Shown: one piece after another, positions 21,097 through 30,514 of the stretch
How positions within the stretch are numbered: position 1 is the first letter of the stretch
Layout of the letters: every line of letters starts with the position of its first letter
From: Spirochaetia bacterium
GTDB taxonomy: Bacteria; Spirochaetota; Spirochaetia; DSM-27196; Salinispiraceae
DNA length: 64,000 nucleotides
Direction: 5' to 3'
Assembly (NCBI GenBank): GCA_038204425.1
Contig: JBBRCZ010000002.1
Location: 128,001-192,000 of the forward strand
The notes under the pieces: generated by a model
Databases searched by the model: none
Told to the model about the DNA's origin: nothing
Seen by the model: only the letters and a program-made list of their open reading frames with translations
Translations under genes and position numbers: made by a program

Positions 21097-22095
21097 ATGA
21101 AGAAAGACTATGACTATGCATTGTTGATTGGACGTTTTCAACCTTTTCATCGGGGTCATTTTGCACTGTATCAGAAGGCCTGTTTACTTGCAGACAAAGT
21201 CATTGTTGTTATTGGGTCGCACCAACGAAGCAGCAGTCTTCTTGACCCTTGGACAAGTGAAGAACGCTGCAAGATGATAAGCCAACACTGCCGCACCATG
21301 CCACCTTCATTCCTGTTTATGCAGGATTCGGCCTACAATTTTCCTGAGTGGCGTCGGCGATTAAAAACTATGCTTAGAGCTCAGTTGCAATTAGATGGGG
21401 CTGACGAGAACGCCTCAGTTGTCGTACTCGGGCACCTTCGCGACCAGAGTAGCTACTATCTCAAATTTTTTGAACCCTGGCATTTCTACGCGGTCGCCGA
21501 GCAGGCTAACGGCTGCAACGCAAGTGACATAAGAAAAGCGCTTTTTGAAGCCAGGCTTGACGCTGTGGACTCAGAATTAGATGCAAACAATCTTGACTTT
21601 ATCAAACAATGGACCAACACAGACGCCTTTATGCGATTGGCCAATGAGTATCGAGATCTTGAAATAGCCAGCAGAAATCTACAAGCTAAAACAAGTGAGC
21701 AACGCTCGGTTTTGGCTTGCCTTGTCTATCGTGATTTTGTGGTCCTTGAGCATCGCGACACACACCCGGGCAAGGGGCAATTTGCCTTACCAGAAAAGAT
21801 CTTGGATGACACTCAAGAACCAAACCAAGAAGTGTCACAATTGTTCAAAGAACTGGACCAAGATGTTGGAGCAGCAGGCGTGCAACACTCCAATCACGCA
21901 GTTTTTGACCAGCTCAGGCGAGACCCGCGTGGCAAGTTAACGAGCTATGCTGATTGTTGGCTGCTAGAGGCTAGGCCGCAACTATCAAATCCCAAGTTTT
22001 TTTGCTATGATTTGGCGCTTTTGAACGAACAAACTGCGCTATTTGCGTCAGATCATGCCCAGATTATTCAGTATTTTCTTAATCGCCTAAGCTAG
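21097..22095 (+). CDS. nadM: NadM-Nudix type NMN adenylyltransferase with a degenerate Nudix domain
   Basis: IGRFQPFHRGH, IGS..PWT..ER and D.SSYYL..F..W motifs. The C-terminal part keeps PGKG..ALP, RDPRG and F.DH..II. Confidence 0.82.
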   Translation: MKKDYDYALLIGRFQPFHRGHFALYQKACLLADKVIVVIGSHQRSSSLLDPWTSEERCKMISQHCRTMPPSFLFMQDSAYNFPEWRRRLKTMLRAQLQLDGADENASVVVLGHLRDQSSYYLKFFEPWHFYAVAEQANGCNASDIRKALFEARLDAVDSELDANNLDFIKQWTNTDAFMRLANEYRDLEIASRNLQAKTSEQRSVLACLVYRDFVVLEHRDTHPGKGQFALPEKILDDTQEPNQEVSQLFKELDQDVGAAGVQHSNHAVFDQLRRDPRGKLTSYADCWLLEARPQLSNPKFFCYDLALLNEQTALFASDHAQIIQYFLNRLS

Positions 22096-22123
22096 TAGCA
22101 AGACACTTTAAGGAGAAATATAG

Positions 22124-24127
22124 GTGGCAAAGCTCAAGATCATGTTGGCACAGATGCGGGTGGTTCCTGCTGATATAGAGGCCAATCTTAAACAGATGAA
22201 CAAGTACATCAACTTTGCCAAACATCATCGTGCTGATGCTCTAGTTTTCCCCGAGATGTGTGTTGCTGGCTACCTGCTGGGCGATAAGTGGGCTGATGAT
22301 GAGTTTTGCTTTGAATTGGAGCAAGCCAACCAGGTTATTCGTCAACAAAGCGACGGAATGTTATTGATCTGGGGTAACTTGCAGTTAGATCGGCAAAGGC
22401 GAAACCGTGATGGACGGGTGCGTAAGTACAATGCCTTACATGCCTACGTTAATCAGCAAGCACTAAAGCGTAGCTCTAATTATGGTCCTGACTTTGCTAT
22501 TAAAACCTTACAACCCAATTACCGCTTTTTTGATGATGATAGACATTTTTTTTCTCTTTTGGACCTTGCATTGGAAGAGGGTGTCGGGCTTGAACAAATT
22601 CTTAGCCCATTTATCTGGCACAGCAGATTGGGGCCCGTAGGGCTTGGGCTGGAAATTTGTGAAGACCTTTGGTCAAGCGACTACCGCAAGGACATGCAAG
22701 AACTCAGCATTAGCCGCTTGCTCAGAGACGCCGGCGCCGATTTGATTATCAATGCATCCGCAAGTCCCTGGACGCCCAATAAAAACGAAGCTAGACACCG
22801 ACACGTCGCCAGAACCTTTGAGCATGGTGGCATTCCCTTTTTGTACGTCAACAATGTTGGCACACAAAACAACGGCAAAAATATCATTACCTTTGATGGA
22901 TGCTCCGCAGTTTACGGCTACTCCGGGGATCTGGTTTTGCAAGCCCAAAATGCCTATCAAGAAGCCATATTGACGGTGGAATACCAAAAAAAAAATGATA
23001 GCCTAGCCGGAGCGTGTTTAACCACTTTTGAAGGACAAGAGCTTGATTTTGGACATGCGCAGACACAGCACGATGCGCAGCAGCAATCCCAACTGCGGCC
23101 AGCAGCAAATACCAATGACGATAGTCTAGACCCAGCAAGTGCTCATTTTTTGGCTGCCTTGGAAGCTATCAGAATGTTTGACACACTGATGGATTCGGCA
23201 AGTTTTCCTTGGATCATAGGCCTCTCAGGCGGTGTCGACAGTGCAGTTGTGGCCTGCCTCTTGCAGGCTGCGGTTGGACCAAAGAGGGTAATTGCTGTCA
23301 ATATGCCTAGCAAGTTTAATTCTAACACCAGCAAGGGTTTTGCGAAGAGCATCGCTCAATCGCTAGCTATTGAGCTGATTGAGCTGCCCATTGAGGCTTT
23401 GGTCTCGGCTAATTGCGACTCACTTATGCAATTTAAGCCAAGTTCGTTTGACCTTGAGAACCTACAGGCCAAAGTGAGGGGAACGTCAATTCTGTCAAAT
23501 ATTGCGGCCATACATGGTGGTTTGATGACCAACAATGGAAACAAAGTCGAGTTTGCCTTGGGCTATGCCACCTTGTATGGCGACGTCAATGGCGCACTAG
23601 CTCCTATTGGTGACCTTCTAAAGACCGAAGTATTCCAACTTGCACGTTACCTTAACAAAAAGGCCGCAAAGGCGGTCATTCCGCTCGAGATTCTGCCTGA
23701 CGAGCAGTTTAACTTTGCTTTTGCTCCAAGCGCGGAACTGAGATCCAATCAAGTTGATCCAATGAAATGGGGCTACCACGATCAACTTTTGCATGCCCTC
23801 TGTAAGTTCCAACGATTTTCTCCCGAAAAAGCGATAGAACGATGGCTGGACAATAGTCTGTGGGACTTTCTAGAGATTGACCCGGCCTTAGCCAAGCGCT
23901 ATCAGCTTGACCACGCACAGATTTTTGTCGACGATCTCGAATGGTTTATGAAACTATTTTACCGAGGTGTGTTTAAGAGAATACAAGCGCCACCAATTGT
24001 GGTTATGAGCAGGTCGGCCTTTGGCTTTGACTTTAGAGAGAGTCAGCTGCCTTGGCGTCCTAGCCAGCGCTACCAATTGTTAAAAAAAGCAGCTCTTGAT
24101 GAATCTTTGCACCAAATAGTCTTATAA
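22124..24127 (+). CDS. nadE: Glutamine-dependent NAD+ synthetase
   Basis: Nitrilase domain (FPE, K, EICEDLW, NASASP) followed by GLSGGVDSA, ENLQA, GYATLYGD and PSAEL motifs. Confidence 0.95.
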   Translation: MAKLKIMLAQMRVVPADIEANLKQMNKYINFAKHHRADALVFPEMCVAGYLLGDKWADDEFCFELEQANQVIRQQSDGMLLIWGNLQLDRQRRNRDGRVRKYNALHAYVNQQALKRSSNYGPDFAIKTLQPNYRFFDDDRHFFSLLDLALEEGVGLEQILSPFIWHSRLGPVGLGLEICEDLWSSDYRKDMQELSISRLLRDAGADLIINASASPWTPNKNEARHRHVARTFEHGGIPFLYVNNVGTQNNGKNIITFDGCSAVYGYSGDLVLQAQNAYQEAILTVEYQKKNDSLAGACLTTFEGQELDFGHAQTQHDAQQQSQLRPAANTNDDSLDPASAHFLAALEAIRMFDTLMDSASFPWIIGLSGGVDSAVVACLLQAAVGPKRVIAVNMPSKFNSNTSKGFAKSIAQSLAIELIELPIEALVSANCDSLMQFKPSSFDLENLQAKVRGTSILSNIAAIHGGLMTNNGNKVEFALGYATLYGDVNGALAPIGDLLKTEVFQLARYLNKKAAKAVIPLEILPDEQFNFAFAPSAELRSNQVDPMKWGYHDQLLHALCKFQRFSPEKAIERWLDNSLWDFLEIDPALAKRYQLDHAQIFVDDLEWFMKLFYRGVFKRIQAPPIVVMSRSAFGFDFRESQLPWRPSQRYQLLKKAALDESLHQIVL

Positions 24128-24134
24128 TAAAAGT

Positions 24135-24875
24135 ATGAAAAAGCGCCCATTGCTCATAATCTTTCTTTCTATTGCGATGTTTTTGTCTCCTTTGGGAGTG
24201 TTGCTGCAGCTTATTGTGCTATACAAGATACCGATTACCTATCTGCAGGCTGTTTTTACGCCTGAATTGTGGAACTGGCAAGTCGTCCTAGTAACGCTTG
24301 TCACGCCATTAGTTGGCCTGTGCGTCTGGTCAGTCAAGAAATGGGCCTACTATATTTTACTTGGATTCGCTGGGCTATCTTTACTCAATAACGTAATTTT
24401 GTACGCGAGTGGTGCAGGCTTTAAGAATTTGCTAATTAACGCTGCCTTTAACGCGGCCTTGATTGCTATAGTTTTGATCTTTGTGCGCAAAGAAGTCAGC
24501 GCACCCTATTTTAATCCCAATATGCGTTGGTGGGAGCAAGCACGCCGCTATGAGACTCATAATATTCGCATTGAGGCCCGCAAGCCAGACAGTCGACAAC
24601 TGCTCTTTGAGGCTCTTTCGTTTGATATTTCGGAACATGGTGCTTACGTGCTGTGCAGTCAGCAGGTCAAAAATGACGAAATATTTGACCTAGAAATGCA
24701 CAGTCAGCAAAGTCAAACCATTGGTCTCAAAGCAAAGATTGTTTGGGCACACACCGACAAAGACGGCTATCCAGAGGGCTTCGGCTGCCGATTTATATTT
24801 GACAAGCCAAATACCAAGCAACAAATTAGAACCTTAATCAAACAGGTTAAGGAAAAAGTTAGCAAGCATTCCTGA
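24135..24875 (+). CDS. Membrane protein with C-terminal PilZ-like domain
   Basis: Four TM segments, then PYFNPNMRWWE..RY, DISEHGA and AKIVW..GFGCRF. Confidence 0.75.
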   Translation: MKKRPLLIIFLSIAMFLSPLGVLLQLIVLYKIPITYLQAVFTPELWNWQVVLVTLVTPLVGLCVWSVKKWAYYILLGFAGLSLLNNVILYASGAGFKNLLINAAFNAALIAIVLIFVRKEVSAPYFNPNMRWWEQARRYETHNIRIEARKPDSRQLLFEALSFDISEHGAYVLCSQQVKNDEIFDLEMHSQQSQTIGLKAKIVWAHTDKDGYPEGFGCRFIFDKPNTKQQIRTLIKQVKEKVSKHS

Positions 24876-24899
24876 ACTGCTACGGTTTTGTGCCGATAA
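24873..24899 (+). promoter_or_regulatory. Sigma28 (FliA)-like promoter
   Basis: TGAA-N15-GCCGATAA; the -10 element matches the consensus perfectly. Confidence 0.5.
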
Positions 24900-25011
24900 T
24901 TTTATGAGAAACAAAAGTGTCGATGCACCGACTCTGACGCAGACTTACGCTGATACCAACAGACCGTGAAGCAAGTTCGGAGAAAATTTTTGATCAAGTG
25001 ACGGTAATAAA

Positions 25012-27114
25012 ATGGCAAAGTCCAACAGCACAATCAGCAGAATGAAACTTAGCGTCAAAGAAAAGCTCAATCTACTTCTGCCTTATTTTCGCAAGAAAAT
25101 ATTAGAGCAAGTCAAGGCAGTTGCTTTGATTGTTGTCTACTTGGTAATTTTTCAGACGGTGATTCTAGGCATTGCAATCGCTGAAGCACTGATAATATCC
25201 CTTGGCATCAGCGTGATAGTCTTTGGTTTGGCCTTCTTTATGGAAGGTCTGTTTTTGGGTCTAATGCCGCTTGGAGAAGCAATTGGCATCAAGCTCCCTC
25301 AAAAAACTAAACTTCCTATAATACTTGGCTTTGCACTGATACTCGGGATTGGCGTGACGTTTGCAGAACCCGCTATCGGCGTGCTTCAGATGGCAGGTTC
25401 TTTTATTAAGGCCTGGGACGCGCCGCTGCTTTTTTTGATGCTCAACAAGCATGCTGGTATACTCAAGGCTGTAGTTGGCTTGGGGGTCGGACTAGCTGTC
25501 GTATTTGGAATGTTGCGTTTTATGTTTAACTGGTCACTCAAGCCATTCTTGTACATTGGTATCCCCGCTGCTCTTTTGTTCTCACTTTGGGCACAATTTG
25601 ATCCAAACATGAGTAAAGTGATTGGACTTGCTTGGGATAGTGGCGGAGTTACCACCGGTCCAGTTACCGTGCCTCTAGTTTTGGCCCTGGGGATTGGCGT
25701 CTGTAGAGTAGTAAGCAAAAATAGTACCGAGTCAGGCGGATTTGGTGTGGTTACGTTAGCGTCTCTTTTTCCTATCCTTGCAGTTCTTACCTTGGGGCTG
25801 GTCTTCTTGCCGTCGGTTCCCACGCCATCAAATCAAGCCGATTTTTTTGCCAAAGACAATCGTGAGCGCGTTGAGTCACTCTTTGAGTCCAAACAAGCAA
25901 TGATTGGCTACGCACTACGCAATGCAAGTGTAGAGGCTCAAACGAAGCTCTTTGATGGTGACCGTGTTACGGCCCTAGATTATATACGGTCACTCAAAAT
26001 AAACACCACTTTGCGTGAGCAAACACTTGCCTCAAGCGATCCAAAAGCCTTGGAGCGCTGGGCAATTAGCAATGGCGACTACGAGCAACGCTTGGTCGTT
26101 TTTGGCAGCGACCAAGCCATAAAACAGGCAGTTGAAGCATTCTCCACCAAACAGATTCAACAAGTAGATTTTGCTGACGTAAGTTTGCGCAACGGCTTAG
26201 CATCACTGCAAGCGATTTTGCCATTGGTTGCCTTTTTGTTGCTTGTCTTGTTCTTTTTGCTGCGAGAGCGACTACAACATCCTGACGAAATCCTGCTTGG
26301 CGTCTTTTTTGCAGTCTTTGGTATGTTTCTCTTCAACATTGGTATAGAGCTTGGCTTGTCTAAGCTAGGTAACCAAGTAGGTTCTGCATTGCCGGCGTCT
26401 TTTAAAAGAATTGACCTAAATGACCAACGACAAATCATTCCCAACTTTGACGAAAGTGTGGTTCTTACGGCAATTTCTGCCAACGGAGAAAAGACACGAT
26501 TCTTTTACACTAATCTAAATGGTGCTTACGTTCAGGTTCCTTATGACCAAGCCAAAAATGATAGCGATCAAAGGCGCTACAACTTTGTTCCAAGCAAAGG
26601 GCCTATGTTTGGGGCGGAGGGGAATGCAGGTGGCATAATGCTTGTGCTGTTGTTTGCCTTTATTATGGGCTACGCGGCCACACTTGCCGAGCCGGCCCTC
26701 AACGCCTTGGGTTCAACCGTAGAAACTTTGACAGTCGGATCTTTCAAAAAAAACTTACTCATGCAGTCCGTGGCCATAGGGGTAGGTGTGGGCATTTTGG
26801 TGGGAGTGCTCAAAATCATCTATGATATACCTCTAATCTGGCTTATCGGGCCGCCGTATTTGCTGCTTTTGCTACTGAGCAAAGTTTCTACCGAAGAGTT
26901 TGTGAATATTGGCTGGGACAGCGCTGGTGTAACTACCGGCCCGATAACGGTACCACTTGTTTTGGCAATGGGGCTCGGTTTGAGCTCGCAAGTCGGTGCG
27001 GTGGAGGGCTTTGGCATCCTTGCTTGTGCCTCAGTTTTTCCCATATTGAGTGTTCTTTCTGTAGGCTTGATTGTAAACATTAAGAAGAAGCGCACACTCA
27101 AAGTTGCGGCATAG
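25012..27114 (+). CDS. Fused two-domain DUF1538 family membrane protein
   Basis: Two repeats, each with an AEP motif and DSGGVTTGPVTVP / DSAGVTTGPITVP, plus soluble insertions. Confidence 0.8.
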   Translation: MAKSNSTISRMKLSVKEKLNLLLPYFRKKILEQVKAVALIVVYLVIFQTVILGIAIAEALIISLGISVIVFGLAFFMEGLFLGLMPLGEAIGIKLPQKTKLPIILGFALILGIGVTFAEPAIGVLQMAGSFIKAWDAPLLFLMLNKHAGILKAVVGLGVGLAVVFGMLRFMFNWSLKPFLYIGIPAALLFSLWAQFDPNMSKVIGLAWDSGGVTTGPVTVPLVLALGIGVCRVVSKNSTESGGFGVVTLASLFPILAVLTLGLVFLPSVPTPSNQADFFAKDNRERVESLFESKQAMIGYALRNASVEAQTKLFDGDRVTALDYIRSLKINTTLREQTLASSDPKALERWAISNGDYEQRLVVFGSDQAIKQAVEAFSTKQIQQVDFADVSLRNGLASLQAILPLVAFLLLVLFFLLRERLQHPDEILLGVFFAVFGMFLFNIGIELGLSKLGNQVGSALPASFKRIDLNDQRQIIPNFDESVVLTAISANGEKTRFFYTNLNGAYVQVPYDQAKNDSDQRRYNFVPSKGPMFGAEGNAGGIMLVLLFAFIMGYAATLAEPALNALGSTVETLTVGSFKKNLLMQSVAIGVGVGILVGVLKIIYDIPLIWLIGPPYLLLLLLSKVSTEEFVNIGWDSAGVTTGPITVPLVLAMGLGLSSQVGAVEGFGILACASVFPILSVLSVGLIVNIKKKRTLKVAA

Positions 27115-27127
27115 AGAAGGAAAAAAA

Positions 27128-28249
27128 ATGCAAAATTTAAGCAAACAAACCAAAATACACCTTCTGGTCGACCGTATTTATTCAAAAGCTGCTCTGGATG
27201 CACTAGCTGAGTTAGGGATTTCTGACCTGCATGTAGAAAACGGTCGAAGTCTACAACTGCTGCAAGAAGCTGACAAACAGGTTGCTTTTACTAGCAAGGC
27301 TCAGTTAAACGAAGAACAAGTATTGATGTTCTCGTTTGTAAGCAATAGAAGCTGGGCAAAAAAAATAGTCCAACATTTGACCGAAAAACTAAGTCTCAAT
27401 ATTCCTGGCAAGGGAAGTATCTATGCCAAAGACATTGAGCTTGCACTGCATACTTCTTCGCTTGAAATCAACGAGCCCAAAAACCTGATAGAAAGCGAGC
27501 ACTTGGTCTCAAGTGACCTAATTGGCATTGCCTGCGTCGTCCAGAAGGGCGAAGGCAATCATGTCGCTCAAATTGGTCTGAGTACAGGCACCGCAATGCC
27601 AGTAGTTTCTTATGGCATCGGAACAGGATTACGCAATCGCCTGGGTCTTTGGCGGATACTCATTCCAGCCGAAAAAGAAGTTTCTACGCTGGTTGTTAAT
27701 CGAGACGAAGCCGATACCGTTATGGATATGATGATAGACGTTGGGCAGCTCGACCAACCCGGAAAAGGGTTTATCTTTCAGTTTCCAATCGAACTTGGCG
27801 TACTAAATACTAAATTTAGCGTTGGTGAGAGCAAGCAGGCGGCCAGCATTGAACAAATAATCTCAGCTATAGATACCATACAAGGTAGCACTGAATGGCG
27901 TAGAAAATCATTTAGTAAACACTCTGAGGGAGAAAAGCAGCGTCGCTATTTGACGGGCTTGGTTGACTTTTCTTTGATCTGCAACGAAGGTTTTGGCGAA
28001 ACATTAACCCAGTGCGCCATGGAAGCCGGAGCGGCTGGGGCTACCATCCGACACTTAAAGTATATGTCTTTGCACGATAGAAAGTCATCTATTTCACCGG
28101 CGCGAGAGATTAGCGTAATGACTATTGGGCAGGCCCAGGTTGAGACTATCACTGAGGCCCTCAAATCCAATGGTCTATTGACCCCAGAGGTCTCCGGTGA
28201 GCTCCATATCAATCCAGTGCCAAAGGCCTGTACCTTTTTGGGCAAGTAG
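27128..28249 (+). CDS. Protein with three tandem PII-like domains
   Basis: Domains 1 and 2 end in PGKG (PGKGSIY, PGKGFIF). Domain 2 has GIGTG..EKE. Domain 3 has AMEAGAAGAT..ARE. Confidence 0.72.
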   Translation: MQNLSKQTKIHLLVDRIYSKAALDALAELGISDLHVENGRSLQLLQEADKQVAFTSKAQLNEEQVLMFSFVSNRSWAKKIVQHLTEKLSLNIPGKGSIYAKDIELALHTSSLEINEPKNLIESEHLVSSDLIGIACVVQKGEGNHVAQIGLSTGTAMPVVSYGIGTGLRNRLGLWRILIPAEKEVSTLVVNRDEADTVMDMMIDVGQLDQPGKGFIFQFPIELGVLNTKFSVGESKQAASIEQIISAIDTIQGSTEWRRKSFSKHSEGEKQRRYLTGLVDFSLICNEGFGETLTQCAMEAGAAGATIRHLKYMSLHDRKSSISPAREISVMTIGQAQVETITEALKSNGLLTPEVSGELHINPVPKACTFLGK

Positions 28250-28275
28250 CCCAAAAAGGCTGTAGCAAACTAATG

Positions 28276-29220
28276 CTAGCGAAAAGTATAGGTGAAACGC
28301 ATAGTCACGGATCGACTCGAAGAATTAGAAAACGAACTACTTCGCAGGCCAGTTAAGATCGCTTCGTCGGCTTCGTTAGAACCACTTGATTGCTGCCGTT
28401 CGACGCTGAGTGGTTTGCCGCCGCCAACACCAACGCTAATGATAAAGCTTACTGGTCGCCTTATGTCTCGATAGAAATCAGTTTGATTTTGAAAGAGCTG
28501 GGCTTCGTTGAGTAATTGCCAAATAGATATTCTTGCACTAGTCGGTACTGGCTTCTTGGCCAATGAAAAATCACCTTGCTCGTTTTCTTGGTAATACCAA
28601 GCCAGATCAGCAAACCGGCCTTCTTGTTTGCGTTTGTTCTCAATGCGAGTCCAAATATGGGCACCAATGCGCTCCGGCACTGGTAAGTATTCGGTGAGTT
28701 CAAATCGACCTATCACGCCCGCTTCAGCCCCACCAGTATCCAAGACCCACTCATTGCCCTTGTCGTTGCCCCGTGGATTAGCTGCTACGCGACTCGTTGT
28801 ATCATTTCTTGGCTGTGGTACTGTACCTACTGGTCTACTTGCTTGAGTACTTTGGGTCCGGCGCGGCAAAGTTGTGCTGGTTTTACGTGTTTTGGCGACG
28901 GTAGTTGCCGGCACGGTTGCTAGTGTTGCCACCTGCGCCTCTTCTGGTTCTTGTGCAACTTGTGGCTCGGGGTTTGTTTGTTCAGGTTCGGGCTGTTCTT
29001 CTGCCGGCGCGGGAGCTTCTTCCACCTGGCGTTCTTGACTGTTGTCGATACCCTCAAGCCTGCCCAAGTTTATTTCTATTGCGCCAGCTTGGTCACTGAC
29101 TTGCTCAAAGTGTAAGAGCCCCGCCATCCAGAGTACAAGCAAGGCCAGAGCGTAGATCCCAAAAGTCAAACCAAAGGAGACTATGTTGCGCTTTCTGGCA
29201 TGACGTTCTCTGCCGGTCAT
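28276..29220 (-). CDS. TonB/TolA-like energy transducer
   Basis: N-terminal TM helix, Pro/Glu- and Thr-rich spacer, C-terminal QSSGSNEADEA..F motif; follows exbD. Confidence 0.7.
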   Translation of the reverse strand: MTGRERHARKRNIVSFGLTFGIYALALLVLWMAGLLHFEQVSDQAGAIEINLGRLEGIDNSQERQVEEAPAPAEEQPEPEQTNPEPQVAQEPEEAQVATLATVPATTVAKTRKTSTTLPRRTQSTQASRPVGTVPQPRNDTTSRVAANPRGNDKGNEWVLDTGGAEAGVIGRFELTEYLPVPERIGAHIWTRIENKRKQEGRFADLAWYYQENEQGDFSLAKKPVPTSARISIWQLLNEAQLFQNQTDFYRDIRRPVSFIISVGVGGGKPLSVERQQSSGSNEADEAILTGLRSSSFSNSSSRSVTMRFTYTFR

Positions 29221-29222
29221 GA

Positions 29223-29633
29223 CTATTTGACCTCGCCACGGGTAAGCAAACTAACGCCTTGAATTTTGTTTTTGCGCATCACATCCAAGATAGAAACCAT
29301 CAATTGGTAACTTGCGCCTTTGTCACCTTCTACCAGTGTTTTTAACGCGCTTAAGTCTTTATCGGCTATTTCTGCCTGTATTAAAGTGTCCAAGCCCACT
29401 AGGTTGGTTCTTACCTTGCCAAGGTAAATCTCGTCTTCCGAAACAGCAATTACGTGCAACTCGCTCAAAGCGACGTTGGTGGCAGTAGCAGACTTAGGTA
29501 GGTCAATATCAATACCTGGTGCGGTTTTGAATACCGAGGTAATCATAAAAAAGATTACCAACATCAAGACCACGTCCACCAAAGGGGTCATGTTGAGCAG
29601 AACATTAGGTTTGAGTCGTCGTTCTAGTCTCAT
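29223..29633 (-). CDS. exbD: Biopolymer transport protein ExbD/TolR
   Basis: NMTPLVDVVLMLVIFFM, IDLP and GDK..Y motifs. Confidence 0.92.
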   Translation of the reverse strand: MRLERRLKPNVLLNMTPLVDVVLMLVIFFMITSVFKTAPGIDIDLPKSATATNVALSELHVIAVSEDEIYLGKVRTNLVGLDTLIQAEIADKDLSALKTLVEGDKGASYQLMVSILDVMRKNKIQGVSLLTRGEVK

Positions 29634-29635
29634 GC

Positions 29636-30253
29636 TTAATGGACTCCCTTGCTGTCTTTGATCATCAAGATGAGCTGGTTAACTTGGTTTTCCATTTTAA
29701 TAAGGATTAGGTTTACTTTGTTGACCAAAGCGTTATAGAACACCACCGCAGGTACGGCTACGACGATGCCGGCAACGGTAGTAATTAGTGCCTCTGATAC
29801 GCCTTTTGCCAAAATAGAAGGATCACTAACACTTCCAAACTGCCCAAGTACGCCAAATGCCTGCATAATTCCTGTTACGGTGCCCAAAAGACCAAGCAGG
29901 GGGGCAATGTTGGATATAGTTCCAAGCATGGTCAAATTACGTTCCAAGTTGGGGACTTCTTGATTAGAAGTATCCTTTATTACATCTTTAAGGACTGATT
30001 CTGGGTGTTCGTGGTATTCAATACCAACTTTCATCAGAGCCGACATAGGCGAAACGTTGTTGTCGCAGATTGCTAAGGCCTCATCAAAATGCCTTTTTGC
30101 CAAAGCCATTTTTATGCGAGCAAACAGTTTGCTTTCATCGACGTTGATTTTGCGAAAGTACAACAACCGTTCTATGACGATGAAAATGGCCACAAAAGCC
30201 AAGACAATGATGACCCACAGCACCGGTCCACCTTTAACGAGAAAATCAAGCAT
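29636..30253 (-). CDS. exbB: MotA/TolQ/ExbB proton channel
   Basis: APLLGLLGTVTGI and GVSEALITTVAG motifs; GGAGG RBS before ATG 30253. Confidence 0.9.
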   Translation of the reverse strand: MLDFLVKGGPVLWVIIVLAFVAIFIVIERLLYFRKINVDESKLFARIKMALAKRHFDEALAICDNNVSPMSALMKVGIEYHEHPESVLKDVIKDTSNQEVPNLERNLTMLGTISNIAPLLGLLGTVTGIMQAFGVLGQFGSVSDPSILAKGVSEALITTVAGIVVAVPAVVFYNALVNKVNLILIKMENQVNQLILMIKDSKGVH

Positions 30254-30514
30254 GCGAGCCTCCACCTTTATATACTACAAGTCGCTTAGCCTCTATCTAA
30301 GAAGAAACCGTTGTTAGCTCAATAAGGTAACGCCGATTTCCAAAGAAATAAAGTTTATACAGCAATTGGTCCAATTCACAACTACAATCAGCTTAACGAT
30401 TGCTAGCTCTTTTTGCCAGCCAGTGACACCAGCTCTCTATCAATGGACATTGCAGTCTTACTTGGATATCATACCACCAACAAACCAGTTAGCGCGAATT
30501 TTGGAAGGATTCCT

